Below, piece after piece: positions 25,790 through 38,374 of a stretch of 64,000 nucleotides of DNA. The position numbers and the translations under genes were made by a program. The stretch is from Vicugna vicugna (Eukaryota), in NCBI GenBank assembly GCA_013265495.1, contig MU058463.1:2937523-3001522 (forward strand), in the 5' to 3' direction. The first letter of the stretch is position 1. Every line of letters starts with the position of its first letter. The notes beneath the pieces are model-generated. The model saw only the letters and a list, made by a program, of their open reading frames with translations. It was not told the origin of the DNA and did no database searches.

Positions 25790-27060
25790 GGAGGGGAATA
25801 GAAACACAACAAAGGAAATTTCTTCCTTAGAGAAAAATGCCCACTAATAAACATGGAAGGAGTGATAAAATTAGAAAATCATAACTTCGTAGTCCCTAAA
25901 GTCATAATAGATTCAGGTGTGAGTATGAGCAGTGGATGCTAAGGCCATTGGGTGGAAGTGTGTTGAGGAACAAGATGTTCAGTGTAAACACTGGAGAGTA
26001 AGTTTACAATGGAGAGGCCAGGTGGTCACCACCTTGACCAAGTGGTCAAGCTTAGCCTGACGCCTAGAGGGACAACCTGACATTACAGTTGGCTCTCTGT
26101 ATCTGTAGGTTCTGCATCCAGGGATTCAACCAACTAACCCTGAAAATATTTGGGAAAAAATTCCAGAAATTTCCAAAAAGAAAAACTTGAATTTGCCATG
26201 CATTGGCAACTATTAACAGAGCATTTACATTGTATTTATAACTACTTACATAGCACTTACACTGTGGGTATTATAAGCAACTGGAGATGATTTACAGTAA
26301 ATGGGAGGATGTGTGTAGGTTATAAGCCAAAAATGCCATTTTATATAAGGGAGTCAAGCACCTGTGGATTTTGGTATTCTCAGAGGTCCTGGAACCCATC
26401 CTCCCAAGATTATGAGGGATGACTGCAGATGTTACTGTATAGTAAACACTGAAGCACTCAGTACCACCTATGAATTATTCTGGACAAACATGTTTAATCT
26501 AAACCTAATCAAGCCTCAAACCTAACTTCTAGTTTAAGAAATACAGGAGATGGAGGTATAAGCTAAGGTGTATCATGAAAAAACAACCAGTTAAATCCAG
26601 AATATGAGATAAGACAGTTGGACCTGAATGCTTAAAAAAGTTCAATATCATGTGAAAGAAAGAAAAAGGAAAGGGGACTGATTTGGATTAAAAGACAATA
26701 AGGAACTATCACAACTTCTATGTTTTATATAAAACAGCAGCAAAAATAAATGGACTATAAGATGTCTTTTTTTTTTATTAAGGACAATTAGGAAAGTGTA
26801 ACAACTGGATATAGGTGATATTTATGTAATAATTTTTATTCTATAAAGATTCTATAATAATTTTTAAACTTTTTAGGGATAGTAATGATATTTTGGGATA
26901 TTTGAGAATGTCTATATATGTACACATATATAAGGATAAAGCAAATTTGAAAAATATTAATAATTGTTTTACATAAATGAAGATTGAGTGTTCATTGTGT
27001 TACTTTTTCAAGCTGTTGTGTTTATAATTTTTCATCAGCTAGAAAAACTTTAAAAAAGAA
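25790..27060 (+). mobile_element. Old L1 (L1MC/L1ME-type) 3' region interrupted by MER2
   Basis: aataaacatggaaggagtgataaaattagaaaatc, ggtggtcaccaccttgaccaagtggtcaagcttagc, and 3' end gtgttcattgtgttactttttcaa...A-rich. Confidence 0.7.
26086..26425. mobile_element. MER2-like non-autonomous Tigger (TcMar) DNA transposon
   Basis: About 340 bp with imperfect TIRs cagttggctctctgtatct... / ...agattatgagggatgactg; preceded by TA; internal ttccaaaaagaaaaacttgaatttgcc. Confidence 0.85.
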
Positions 27061-28789
27061 ACATATGTAAGGTACTCAATTTGTAAGTCCATGAAAAATA
27101 TAAGCTATATTTAATATATCAGTAGTATCTATGCATTATCTATAATGACATAGGAAATTGTTGGCTAATTTGTTGATGTTGAGAAGGACAGGAACAAAAC
27201 TTATCCTAAAAGGAAGTAAAATTCACATAGAAAGAAAAAAACACTTTAAAGGCTGTCAAACACCTAGGAAAAATATAAATATTTCTCTTTTCTTCCTGAG
27301 TACAAATTTTATTAAACTTACCAATTGGTCTGTCATTCTCCTTGTCTGAAGGCAAATCCAGATAATGACGCATTGGAGCCAACTCAGGAACAGTATGCTA
27401 ACAGTGTATTGCATTTGTAAAGCATTCCCTATTTTCTTAATCTGAATGCAACCCCCCAAATACCTAGGTTTCTCCACCAAATATAGCCAATCATCTGAGT
27501 ATATTCACACATTAATTCTGACAGACAAATAAGCCAAGGATTTCTGTTTCAATGTATCAATGAAAAAGATTAGTCTATGAGGGTACCTGGGTTACAAATG
27601 TGAAACTAGAATCTATTATTACTCCCTGCTCAATTAGCGTGAATGGGGAAAAATTTTATGTCAGATTGACTTGGCAAAAACACCTTAGGAAAAAAATCTG
27701 ATCTGTATTTTTATTAAGATATGTTGAAATTGTTTATGCCTTAAATTGTGAAAAGGCAGCTTGGATTTAAAAGCTATGTTATAATATTGTATATCAAGTG
27801 TACCTCAGTAAAAAAATAGTTACTCATTATAGTGTCCTAATGACCACGTATTGTGACGTCATTCCACTGAAATTACTGTATTGTCTCTATAAGAACAGAT
27901 ATACTAGACCATATACTTACAGCATGAATCTAAGTATTTTTTCTACAGAAAATAAAGAAAATGAGAAACTGAGAAGATTTACATTGCAAATATTTGGAAC
28001 CCCAAACATTCATTAAAATTTTTGCTACCATTTATGGAAAAATTAAAGTGTTGACAATATTTAAAAAAATTGAATTAGATAATTATACCTCAGCGTTTTG
28101 CTAAATATTGATTTTACCTATCTGTATTTTTCCTGTTTTTCCTCTCCTCTTTTGTTTCTTGCTTTCCTTTCCATTAGTTTTGTGTAATGCAGGAAACAGC
28201 TGTGTTGTGGCTATGTCTATGGAATAAAGTTTTATGTTTTCTGTACTAAATTTTTAGAAGTAATAAGTGAAACAGAAGTACATTTAAAATAAATAACTAA
28301 ACAAATCTAAAATATATCACTGTTTGAATAGATGTCTTGTATTTTTTTTCTTTTGTATACTTAACACTCAGAAGAATAAATTCCATTTTCCATGGAAACT
28401 TGCTAACTAGTATCAGTACAATACTTCTAGAAAATCATGAATCTAAGAGTCAAAACTGCCCAAATCAAAATACTTTCAAATAATTATCATCAGAAATCCC
28501 ATCTTAAAAAATGAAGGATGACCACATTTATCCAGAATCATCAGTCATCAGTGCCACTACAGAGGCGAATTTTCCAGAAAAACACTGAAGTGGTCTGAAC
28601 TTTTTAAAGAAGATTACCAGTTTAAATGGAGTGCTTTCAAAATCTTTCATGTACCTCCTTTCATGTAAAAACGTAATATGCAGAATATAAGCTAATATTT
28701 CCTTAATGATTCAAGGTTATCATTATGAAACAGGATGCTTTCAACCCACGTAACACTGCATGGTTTAGAGATTGTATACCTTCATATAC

Positions 28790-28985
28790 CTTCTCAGTTG
28801 AACCTCACTACATCTTTATGCCCTACATGGGGCAGGTATCAATAGTCGTGTTTTACAGAAGTGGAAACTGAGGCTCAGGGTGGCTAAGGAAATTTCCCAA
28901 GAATCTCTCCTAAGTGACAGAACAAGAAAGCACACACAGTCTTCCAGCTTCCAGCCCGTGCTCCTCCCCATAAACAGCGCTGCCT
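28790..28985 (-). mobile_element. MIR SINE
   Basis: ttttacagaagtggaaactgaggctcaggg...aatttcccaag. Confidence 0.75.
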
Positions 28986-29224
28986 CCCTGGACCAGTGAT
29001 TACACAGCGGTGTTTACTAAGATAATGAAGTGGTAACATGGACCATTTTTCCTTACTCTAAAAACCCTCAGGCTCCTAAGGTTTTATGTTCTTGTATTTG
29101 CTTTTTATAGTTTTTACTGCACAGCGCCTGGCATATGATAAGCATTTAGCCATTGTTCCTGGGAACCTGTCAGCTGTTGGTTGTAGCACACCTGGCACTA
29201 GGGACTTATCTTCTTATTAATATT

Positions 29225-29340
29225 CCTTCATTCATTTGTTCATTCATTAATGCATTTGTGCATTCACACATTCAATACATACTCACTGAGAACATACTGT
29301 GTGCCAGGCCAGAGGGCTAGATGTGGAGATAATGCTGAAC
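29225..29340 (-). mobile_element. L2 3' end
   Basis: ttcattcatttgttcattcatt...tactcactgagaacatactgtgtgccaggc. Confidence 0.7.
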
Positions 29341-29448
29341 CCCGAAAAAAGCCTAAAGGTGAAGAGCTCACATCAATCCCTCTGTCACTCAGTGCCACCA
29401 GACTTCTCTTCCCCTCAAATGAAGCTACTTTGAAGATGGCAATGAATC

Positions 29449-29851
29449 TGTAGAGAGTCTGCTGGAACTGCCATACCGAATGCCCCCAGACTAGGTGGCC
29501 CAGGCCACAGAAACTTATTTTCTCATGGTTCTAGAGGCTGGGAGTCCAAGAGTAAGATGTGGGCAGGGTGGGTTTCTCCGGAGGCCCCTCTCCTGGGCTG
29601 GAACCTGGCTGCCTTCTTGCTGCTCCCTTGCATGTGCCTCTTTGCACTCATGCCCCTGGTGTCTCCTGCATGTCCCAGTTACCTCTTTTATAAGGACACC
29701 AGTCATACTGGGTGAGGTCTCACCCATACCACCTCACATGACCTTAATTACCTCTTTAAAGGCCCTGCCTCCAAATAAAGTCATATCTCGAGGTACTGGG
29801 AGTTAGGGCTCTAGAGTATGAGTTTTGGGGGAGACACAATTCAGCTCATAA
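29449..29851 (-). mobile_element. MLT1A-like (ERVL-MaLR) solo LTR
   Basis: acagaaacttattttctcatggttctagaggctgggagtccaag...taaggacaccagtcata...ccttaattacctc...ggggagacacaattcagctcataa. Confidence 0.88.
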
Positions 29852-29927
29852 TGCTATACAAATTACTTTCCATGGAGGGCCTACTGTGTGTCAGAACTTT
29901 CTAGACACTTCTATTAATATTGATTCT

Positions 29928-30220
29928 TTTTTAAAATTTTTAACTTAGGTATAGTTGATTGAAAATGTTGTGTTAGTTTCTGGTATACAGCATATGATTC
30001 AGTTTTTTATATATATATGCACATACATATACTTCTTCATATTTTTTCGATTACAGTTTATTACAAGATATTGAATATACTTCCCTGTGCTATACAGTAG
30101 GACCTCATTGTTTATCTGTTTTCTATGTAGTAGTGTGTATCTGCTAATCCCAAACTCCTAATTTATCCCTTCTCCACCTCCATTCTTCTTTGGTAACCAT
30201 AGTTTGTTTTCTGGTCTGTA
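29928..30220 (-). mobile_element. L1 3'-end fragment (first of a tandem pair)
   Basis: T-rich tail, gtatagttgattgaaaatgttgtgttagtttctggtatacagc...tgtgctatacagtaggacct...ggtaaccatagtttgttttct. Confidence 0.9.
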
Positions 30221-30291
30221 ATTCTTTTTCTTTTTTCTTTTTTGCAGATAAAAAGGATTATTAGACATTATTTTACAATTTCTTCAAGGCC

Positions 30292-30578
30292 TTTTTTCCT
30301 TTTTTTAAATTGAAGTATAGTTGATTTACAGTGTTGTGTTAATTTCTGGTGTACAGCATAGTGATTCAGTTAAATATATTCCTTTTCATGTTCTTTTTCA
30401 TTATAGGTTATTACAAGATACTGAATGTAGGTCCCTGTGCTATGCAGTAGGACCTTGTTGTTTACCTCTTTTATATATAGTAGTGTGTATCTGCAAATCC
30501 CGAGCCCCTACTCTATCTTTTCTCACCCTTTTCAGCCTCCCGATAACCACAAATTTGTTTTCTATGTCTGTGAGTCTT
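30292..30578 (-). mobile_element. L1 3'-end fragment (second of a tandem pair)
   Basis: ttttaaattgaagtatagttgatttacagtgttgtg...tttgttttctatgtctgtgagtct. Confidence 0.9.
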
Positions 30579-32678
30579 TTAACACTGATTCTAACAACAG
30601 CCCTGTAAGTTAGGGTAGAGCTAAAGACATGCTCAAGGTGGCAGAGTAACTCGTGTGCCCAGCTCATACGTAGCAGGGCCTGCATTTAAGCCCGGCCAGT
30701 CTGACCTGACATTCTTTGATGTCTCTTTAATGGTGTAGAAGTCTTTTCTCATCCCGGTTCTTGCCTTTCTGGCTGACTGAGCCCCAGCTAAGTGTCAAGC
30801 TGCAGAACAGCACGATATTAGTATACACTTACCTAAATTGTCAATCTCACTTTTTAAAACAAATTCTGGCAGAACACTTTTTTTTTTTTCAGTCAGCAAG
30901 CATTTATTGTGAGCATACCACATGTCCAGCCACGTACACGGTCTTTTATAGGCAACAGAGCTGCAGGCTTACTTGTTTCCCGCCCTACGCGTTGCTTAGT
31001 TGATAGGCCATCTGGCTTTAGTGTTTTATTGTGGTGATGATTGAAATAATCCTTTAAAATCTATATTCTTATCCACATCCCTGTGGTCCACAAAAAAGGC
31101 AAAGCAAAGTGTGAGAAGCCCCATAAATATTTGTGGAACGAATTACAATTATGTTAAGCAGTTTCTGGTTTATTTTATTTAGTAGCATATGTACTCTTGC
31201 CATATTTTATGTGATATATTTATGGAATCATCTTAGAACCTCAGTATGCATTAGAATAGTCACCAGAAATGTGGTTTTCAAGCCAAAAGATGATTTCATT
31301 GGGATGTGGAAAAGGAAAAATAAATTTAACCCAATTAGTAAATATTAGTTGAGTGTGTTCCCGGTACCAGGAATGAATGATACCAGGCACTGGGGACACA
31401 GAGAGGAGTGAGACATATCCGCTGGCCCCACCTAGTTTGAGCCCTCATCATCAATTCAGCAGAGGCACAAGTCCTTTCACTAGACTCCCTCCTTCCAGTC
31501 TTGCTCCTCTTTAAGCCACATGCCACAGCGGAGCACAGCAGTCTACCCAAAATGTAATTCAGACTGCACCAAGTCCTAATTTTTTAGCATCATTGTTAAG
31601 ACCATCAAGACACTGCCTCCCTCTCTTTGTCTCCTATCATTCTTCACCTTGATGTTTATGCCCAATAGTTTTCTTAACACTCGACCTCATCTTAGGTATC
31701 AAATGCCAGAAAATTATTCACAAATTTCTCTCATTTTGATATTACTATCAGACCTGTTTCCATTTAAAAAATTACTTTGGGCTCTGGCTATGAGTAACTG
31801 TAGTATTTAACGCACATGTATGTTTGATGACTGGCTTTGTTTTACTTGTACCACCTCAGTTCATAATATAAAGTCAGGCAACGCAGAAATAATTTGGACA
31901 AAATACTCATTCTGTGATGTTATCAGCAATAACTTGAAATGTTTATTTTACACAATGTAATGCAAACATAACTCAGTTAAATCATCTAAGATTTCAAAAA
32001 TCAAGAAGCTTTTTGAATTCAGGGAGAATGTTAATGCCCTGTTTTTATATTGTTGAATAATGTGAAATCTAATGTGCTTTGCTATTTCTGGGAATCCTTT
32101 GCTGGGTTCCTGAAGGAGCTCAGTTATTCTAGTCTGATGGGTGGACCTGAAGCAATACTGTAGTTGGCTAGTGGCCAGTTGTATTTCCTCAAACATCCTC
32201 TACCCCTCAAAAGCATTTCTCCAATGAGCTGCATAATGGTAGAAACCAGCTGTCCATCATCCTGAGAGGTTCTCAAGGAACACCAGATCTTTCTCTCTCT
32301 TGTCTCTCTCTGTCTTGATATTGATTTGTATATTACTGAATTTTAATAATTAGAGGCTTAGCTATAGTTGCGCTTTTCTGGTAACTAGCTAGTTGTTACT
32401 TAGCAAATCATCTAAGCACACTTACTACAGTAAGACCTTAACAAACTAATAGTCAGGGCATGGTTAATTGATTTAACCTGTGGGTTAAAAACAGAAACTC
32501 CTGCCCTTCTTAAAGAAATCTCTGATTTAAAATAGTGTTTAAAATATTTTGCATAACTTTCCTATTTATTGTTAATATAATACATTTATAATAGATATAT
32601 ACTGTACACAACCATAGCATATAAGAAATACAATAGACTTATCTATTTAGGATCTTTGTTCAAACAGTCTAAACGTAA

Positions 32679-32932
32679 TTTTTTTAAGTTGTTGAAGTAC
32701 AGTTGATTTACAATATTGTGTTAGTTTCAGGAGTACAGCATAGAGATTCAGTATTTTATACTCCATTGTAGGTTATAACAATCATAATAGGTATAATTCC
32801 CTGTGCTGTACAGTAAATCCTTGTTGCTTATCTATTTTGTATAGAGTAGTTTGCATCTGTTAATCATATACCCCTAATTTGTCCCTCCCCATTTATCTCT
32901 CCCCTTTGGTACCCATGAGTTTGATTTCTATA
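32679..32932 (-). mobile_element. L1 3'-end fragment with degenerate TSD
   Basis: gaagtacagttgatttacaatattgtgttagtttcagg...; TSD tctaaacgtaa (32668-32678) / tccaaacataa (32933-32943). Confidence 0.88.
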
Positions 32933-33139
32933 TCCAAACATAAATTCTTAATAAATTCCTATGAACTGATTGACTGAATGACATAATAATACAGCCGACT
33001 TTGTACTGCTTTGAGAATACAGCTTAGATATATTTTAATTTTTTTAAGTTAAATCCCTGTTATTTTAGGATTTGGTTTGCTCTTTCTAATATCAGTAGAG
33101 ATCAGGAAAAAAATTCAGTTGATTGAATAGTCAAGTTAC

Positions 33140-33375
33140 TTGGATTCAGATGTTAGTATCTTGACATTAGAGACTGGAAACATGACGGCCTGAATTACAG
33201 CTTTCCCACACACTGTATAAGCTTGAGTAAATGACTTCACTTCTCAGAGCTTCCTTTTATTTATCGCTAAAATGGGGATGAAAATGGTACCTACCATTAG
33301 GGTTCTCGTAATATTTAACTGAGGTAATGTAATGAGAGGTCTTAACTGGATGCTATCAATAGGTGGCAGCCATTG
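33140..33375 (+). mobile_element. MIR SINE
   Basis: cttgagtaaatgacttcacttctcagagcttcc...taaaatggggatgaaaatggtacctacc. Confidence 0.7.
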
Positions 33376-34436
33376 TTATCCTGTCCAATGACATTTGCTC
33401 GATTTTGTTTCTTTCTTTGGTGTCTGTTGCCTGGGATTCTGCTAGAGGCTGCCAGCCAGCCAGTGCTTCCTTCTCCAAGGCCAGACCTGGAGAGCTTCCC
33501 CTGCACCCTGCACTTCCTCTAGAAAAGGCATGTTGACTGGAGAGACCTACTTGATTTACACCATTCTAGTAGCTCAGGAACTTGACACATACATAGTTGT
33601 CCTGGTGGCAAAGGGTGAAAATATGAAGTTACTTGCATTTCACCCACTAAAAGTTAATCTCACATGTTCTGACAAAAAGTGGAGAAAAGTTTTGATAGTA
33701 TCTGCCTTACAATTGAATCTATAGAATCCACAGACTACTTTTTATATTCTCAGTTTTTTTTTCCTCTGGATGAGATTATCCAATTTCTTAGCAATCCTAA
33801 TTATAATTCCCCACTTGGGCTGCCCTTCCCCTCCCTCAGGTTCCTCTCGAGCTCAAGATACTTGAGTTGCAAAAAATATCTGAGTCTTGTCTACGGTAAG
33901 GGGGAATGTCCTGTAGTGTCCATAAACTTAGTGCTTTAAATGAGGTTAACTCTAAAATTGACTAAATCATGAGTAAGGAAAAAAAAAATCAAAGGAGTTG
34001 AACATGTAACCCACAACACAAATGCCATATTTCCTCGGCCTGTTGTTATTACACAGCATGTATCAAAGCTGGGACACAGAGAGGAAGACGGGCCGTGACG
34101 CTCAGCATTGTTTCTTACTGGGAGTACTTTGTGACCCTTTGGTCCCGATCAGAGAGGCAAAACCTTCCTCTTACCTTCTGTTCTCACTCTACAACATTAC
34201 TGGGATCAGATTTTGGTCCATTAGGGTTTTACTTACTCCAGTTTCCTGACCTTTGTGAGGAATGGCAATAGAGTAAGCATGACATCCAAAAAAAGGATCT
34301 TGGAATTAAAAAAAAAAACTGGGGTGTGACTATTAATCCTTAGTATTAGTTTGCTTTTCATCATCTGTCAAATGTGCTTAACGGCAGTGGCTGCTCCATA
34401 GGATTTTAAGAACTAAATAAAACAGTGCCTCGTCAA

Positions 34437-34482
34437 GTCCATCCATCCATCCATCCACTCATCCAATCACCCACCCATTCAT
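34437..34482. repeat. Degenerate (ATCC)n repeat
   Basis: tccatccatccatccatccactcatccaatcacccacccattcatc. Confidence 0.75.
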
Positions 34483-35028
34483 CTCTCTATTCAATTAACT
34501 TTTACAACTGTTTCCTTTCACCTGGCATTGCATTTCTGTAACTAAAATCAAAAAGTGTAGTCAGAGGAATGAAGTTTCTGACCTAAAATAAGGAACAATA
34601 TCCTAACCAGAATGTCTGCCCTTCTGCTGTGCCCTGTGTTTAGACAGCACGGTGGACAGGCCTTCTTAGATTTATTCACAGGAATTGAAAGTTTCCTTCC
34701 TCCCTCACCCGGAAACCATCATCCACATGAGGCCAAAGGATGGAAGTATAATTGGATGGTACATCCACAGATTTTCTGATGTTTACCCAGAGCGCTGAGA
34801 CTGGGGAAATACACACGTGACCCCTGAGTGAGCGGATAATCCTGGGGGAGGGGCTGTGCGCAGGCATGAAGCTTTTAGACAAATCTAGCCCCAGGCAAAA
34901 CGATGAATCTGACCTAGATGGTCCTCTACCTGCCGGCCCCGAGCCTGGGACCCTTCCTCCACCAGGCGTGTCCACCTCTTCCCCCAGCGCTCACAGAGGG
35001 CTGCCTGTCATCCTTTGAAGAAACTAAA

Positions 35029-35089
35029 CACTGGAATTTGACACAACACTGTAAAATGATTATGAATCAATAAAAAATGTAAAAAAAAA
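35029..35089 (+). mobile_element. Extremely truncated young L1 3' end (~60 bp) with perfect 11-bp TSD
   Basis: cactggaatttgacacaacactgtaaaatgattatgaatcaataaaaaatgt(A)n flanked by aagaaactaaa at 35018-35028 and 35090-35100. Confidence 0.85.
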
Positions 35090-35699
35090 AAGAAACTAAA
35101 AATGCTTCGTATCTTAGGCGCTGGGCATTTTAAAATAGGCATCAAAGAAGCGAAAGGAAATTTCAGTATGGAAATGGTCTGGAGGGCAGGGCAGCCTGTA
35201 CTTGGGATCTGCTCCACGTCCAATCTTTCTATAGAGAGATGACAGTGAAGAAGCCAGAGAAGCTGAGACAAGCAGGACCAGGAGGATGGCCCGTTCTCTT
35301 CCCTTCCCCGCTGCCCTCCGGTCTCACGTGGCACGGCACGGCTCAGCCCTGAGCTGGAATTGACGTCTTGTTCCCTCTCTTAGGGACTCATTCATCCATT
35401 TCCAAAGAGTGGTGGCGGCGGCCCCTGACCCTCCTGGGCCTGCACGTCTTCCTTACTTGGGAGCACAGAAATCCGAGAGCAGAATGACCGCTCTCCCGGC
35501 TGCCTCTGAATAGCTCTCCGCGCAAAATACCGACAGAGCCACCTTTAAATAAATCATCCTGGGGAACATTTACCTTTTCTGTTACAACTGAAACAAACAA
35601 TTCTGTGAAATTCTATCACTAGAATATTTGATAAGACATGCCAAATTCCAAGGAGATCAGACTGTTCCTCTGCATTGGGAAGAAGGGCAAGACAGCATT

Positions 35700-36037
35700 T
35701 GACTCTCTACTTCTGGTGAAAAGGCCAGTAACTAACAGTAGGTTTTCTATTCCCTTTGCTGTGTCAGGTAATGACAGTGTGTGATGGTACTGTCCCCTTA
35801 AACAAATTTGGTTCAAGCAGATTATTAGTTTAAAAAAAAGGGTCTGGGAAACAGGACATCTTTTTATGACAACTCACTTACGGGTTTGAAGTGGGCTGTA
35901 AATGGTAAAATCACAGTAAGTAACTTAGCTGAAGTGTAATAATTGGGTTCCAAGTGGTATGATTGATACATTTCATTGAAAATAGCACCCTGAGGTTTTT
36001 CCAAATTAAAGATGAAATCTAAATAAAACCTTAAATA
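35700..36037 (+). repeat. Copy A of a local ~340-bp direct duplication
   Basis: Aligns colinearly with 36702-37049; both contain atacatttcattgaaaatag and tttttccaaattaaag. Confidence 0.93.
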
Positions 36038-36701
36038 ACCCACATGGAAATACTTTATTGTAGTTAATAACCCGGCAAAAATATGCTTATTTTGTCTGCA
36101 GACTCATTCCAACAGATTATACCTATTGTGGCTTCCCTTTGAAAGGCATCTCACTTGGCTTATGTAAAACGAATAGCATCCCTAACTATTAATAGCAAAT
36201 AAGAGAGACATTTATGAACATTCATACATCATTTATAAATGACCCTTATGAATAAAGTGTTACAATGATTTCCATTAGCATAAGTTCCACAATTATGGCC
36301 TGCCTAAGAGATATATTTTTCTTTCTTGAATGCACATATAAAAAAGCTGTCATTTACTTTCTTAAAATTTTATCCATAATGCTTCAATGTATTTCTATGC
36401 TGCTAAGCGAATATACACCTAAATACATAGACAGGGATGTAGCCTCGGGGTATGTGGAGATCCATGAGGACCTTAAGAATGTTCCTCATCGGGATCCGGG
36501 GCACTTGACCATGTCTACCCTTTGGATGGTGCAGTTTAGAATGGGCTCAGGCTTCCATTGCTGGCTGGGACAAACTGGGAGGGAATTAAGGCACCTGATG
36601 GAGACCTTGATCTTGTTTTTCCCTTTCCCTGGCATCTCTCAATCCAGATTCTTGGGTACTATCTTCTCTTTGCAAGGGATGTCCAACTTTGGAGTAAGTT
36701 A

Positions 36702-37049
36702 CTTACTCCCACTTCTGATGGAAAGGACAAACCAAAAGACCAATAACTGTAGGTTTTATATTCCTCTCATTGTGCTGGGTAATGCCAATGGGTGATGGTC
36801 GTATCTTCCTCTTAAATGAATTTGACTAAAGCAGATTAAAAATAAAAATGTAGGGGTCTGAGAAAAAGACACCTTTTTATGGCAGCTCACTTATGGTTTT
36901 GAAGTGTGCTTCAAATGGTAAGCTCACAGTAAGTCATTTAGCCAAAGTGTAGTATTTGGGTTCCAAGGGTCATGATTAATACATTTCATTGAAAATAGTA
37001 CACTGAAATTTTTCCAAATTAAAGGTGAAATCCAAATAATACTTAAATA
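36702..37049 (+). repeat. Copy B of the local direct duplication, flanked by an 18-bp direct repeat
   Basis: Aligns with 35700-36037; tccaactttggagtaagt at 36682-36699 and 37051-37068. Confidence 0.93.
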
Positions 37050-37139
37050 CTCCAACTTTGGAGTAAGTAAAGTAGTATCTTCCCCTGATGACCTAGTGAG
37101 AGAAGCATCTTTCTGTGATGGGAATGCAAAACGTGAGAA

Positions 37140-37360
37140 CAGATGGTTATCGAGCACCTGCTTTGTGACAGGCACTGTGTACCCATGATCTTGCTGACCC
37201 TCATAACTACTCTACGTCAATGCACATTTTGATGATGATCCTATGAGCTACTTTTTGTCACACTTTTTTTCTAGATGAGGAAATCAATGCTCTAAGAAGT
37301 GACATAAATTTCCCAAGACTACCCAGAACATGGCAGAAAGGATTTGACCCAAACCTATCC
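37140..37360 (-). mobile_element. MIR SINE
   Basis: ttatcgagcacctgctttgtgacaggcactgtg...agatgaggaaatcaatgctctaagaagtg...tttcccaag. Confidence 0.7.
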
Positions 37361-37750
37361 TTGTCCCACCACATACATCCCTTGATCCTACAACTCTGTC
37401 TGAGATCAGGGTACCAGGTCTCTTGAGCTCTCCCCATTAACCCTCTGAAGATGTGGAACTACTTGGAACAGGGTGCACTTTACATAGGGCATTATCATTA
37501 GTTTGGTCTCACAGTGCCAGGAGACTGCCTGGGCTATAAGTTAGGGAGTTTGACCCAAGGACAGCGCCAGTAAGGCAGTTATAATGAAGCATATTTCCTC
37601 CAGCTATTGATCTACTGTATACTGTTCTCTCTTGTCGTAGTCCTGCATCTTCTTAGCGAGACCATTTAAAGCAGTTAGGATGTTCTAACTGTGACAGGGC
37701 TCATTATCATGAGCTGTTGCCATGGCTCCTTAACTTGATTTGACAAGATT

Positions 37751-38032
37751 CTTTTTTGTTGCTTTTTATTTTTTATTTTATTTTATTTTTTATACAATTT
37801 TAAAGGTTACCTTCCATTTACAATTATTACAAAATATTGGTTATATTTCCCAAGTTGTGCAATGCATCCCTGTGGCCTGTCTTACACCCAATAGTTTAAT
37901 CTACCCTTCTCCATCCCTCTTACCCCTCGCCCCCACGTTGGTAACCACTAGTTTGTTCTCTGTATCTGTGAGTCTGCTCCTTTTTTTTTTTGTTATATTC
38001 ACTAGTTCATTGTGATTTTTAGATTCCGCTCC
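37751..38032 (-). mobile_element. L1 3'-end fragment with TSD
   Basis: (TTTTA)n tail, ccatttacaattattacaaaatattgg...ggtaaccactagtttgttctctgtatctgtgagtctg...ttttagattcc; TSD atttgacaagatt (37738-37750) / atttgccaagatt (38033-38045). Confidence 0.88.
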
Positions 38033-38374
38033 ATTTGCCAAGATTTTTGAGGGGAGGGCAGTGAGCTGGCCACAGCGCCCCTTCCCCAATTTTCTCAGTG
38101 ACTTTCCTACACTCTTTCCTTCCTCAGAGTGATGGAAGCATTTGGGCAACAAAAAGTAGCTCCTCCATAAAAAAAAGTTGGTGGATCCTCTGCTTGGGAG
38201 TACAAATGGTTCCACACATATAAACTGTGAAATTGGTAAAATATCTTAATGATATATTCATATACATGTATGGCAACAACTTCAAAAAAAATGAGGAATC
38301 TTAGAAGTGGAAGGGGACCATTTGGTCCACCCTAAATGTTTTTACAGAGGACACACATTTATTGTGATTAAGTA

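Noticed and set aside
36265..36795. Longest non-repetitive ORF (176 aa)
   Set aside because: No recognisable domain, random-looking composition, no promoter or splice context, and it runs across the duplication junction.
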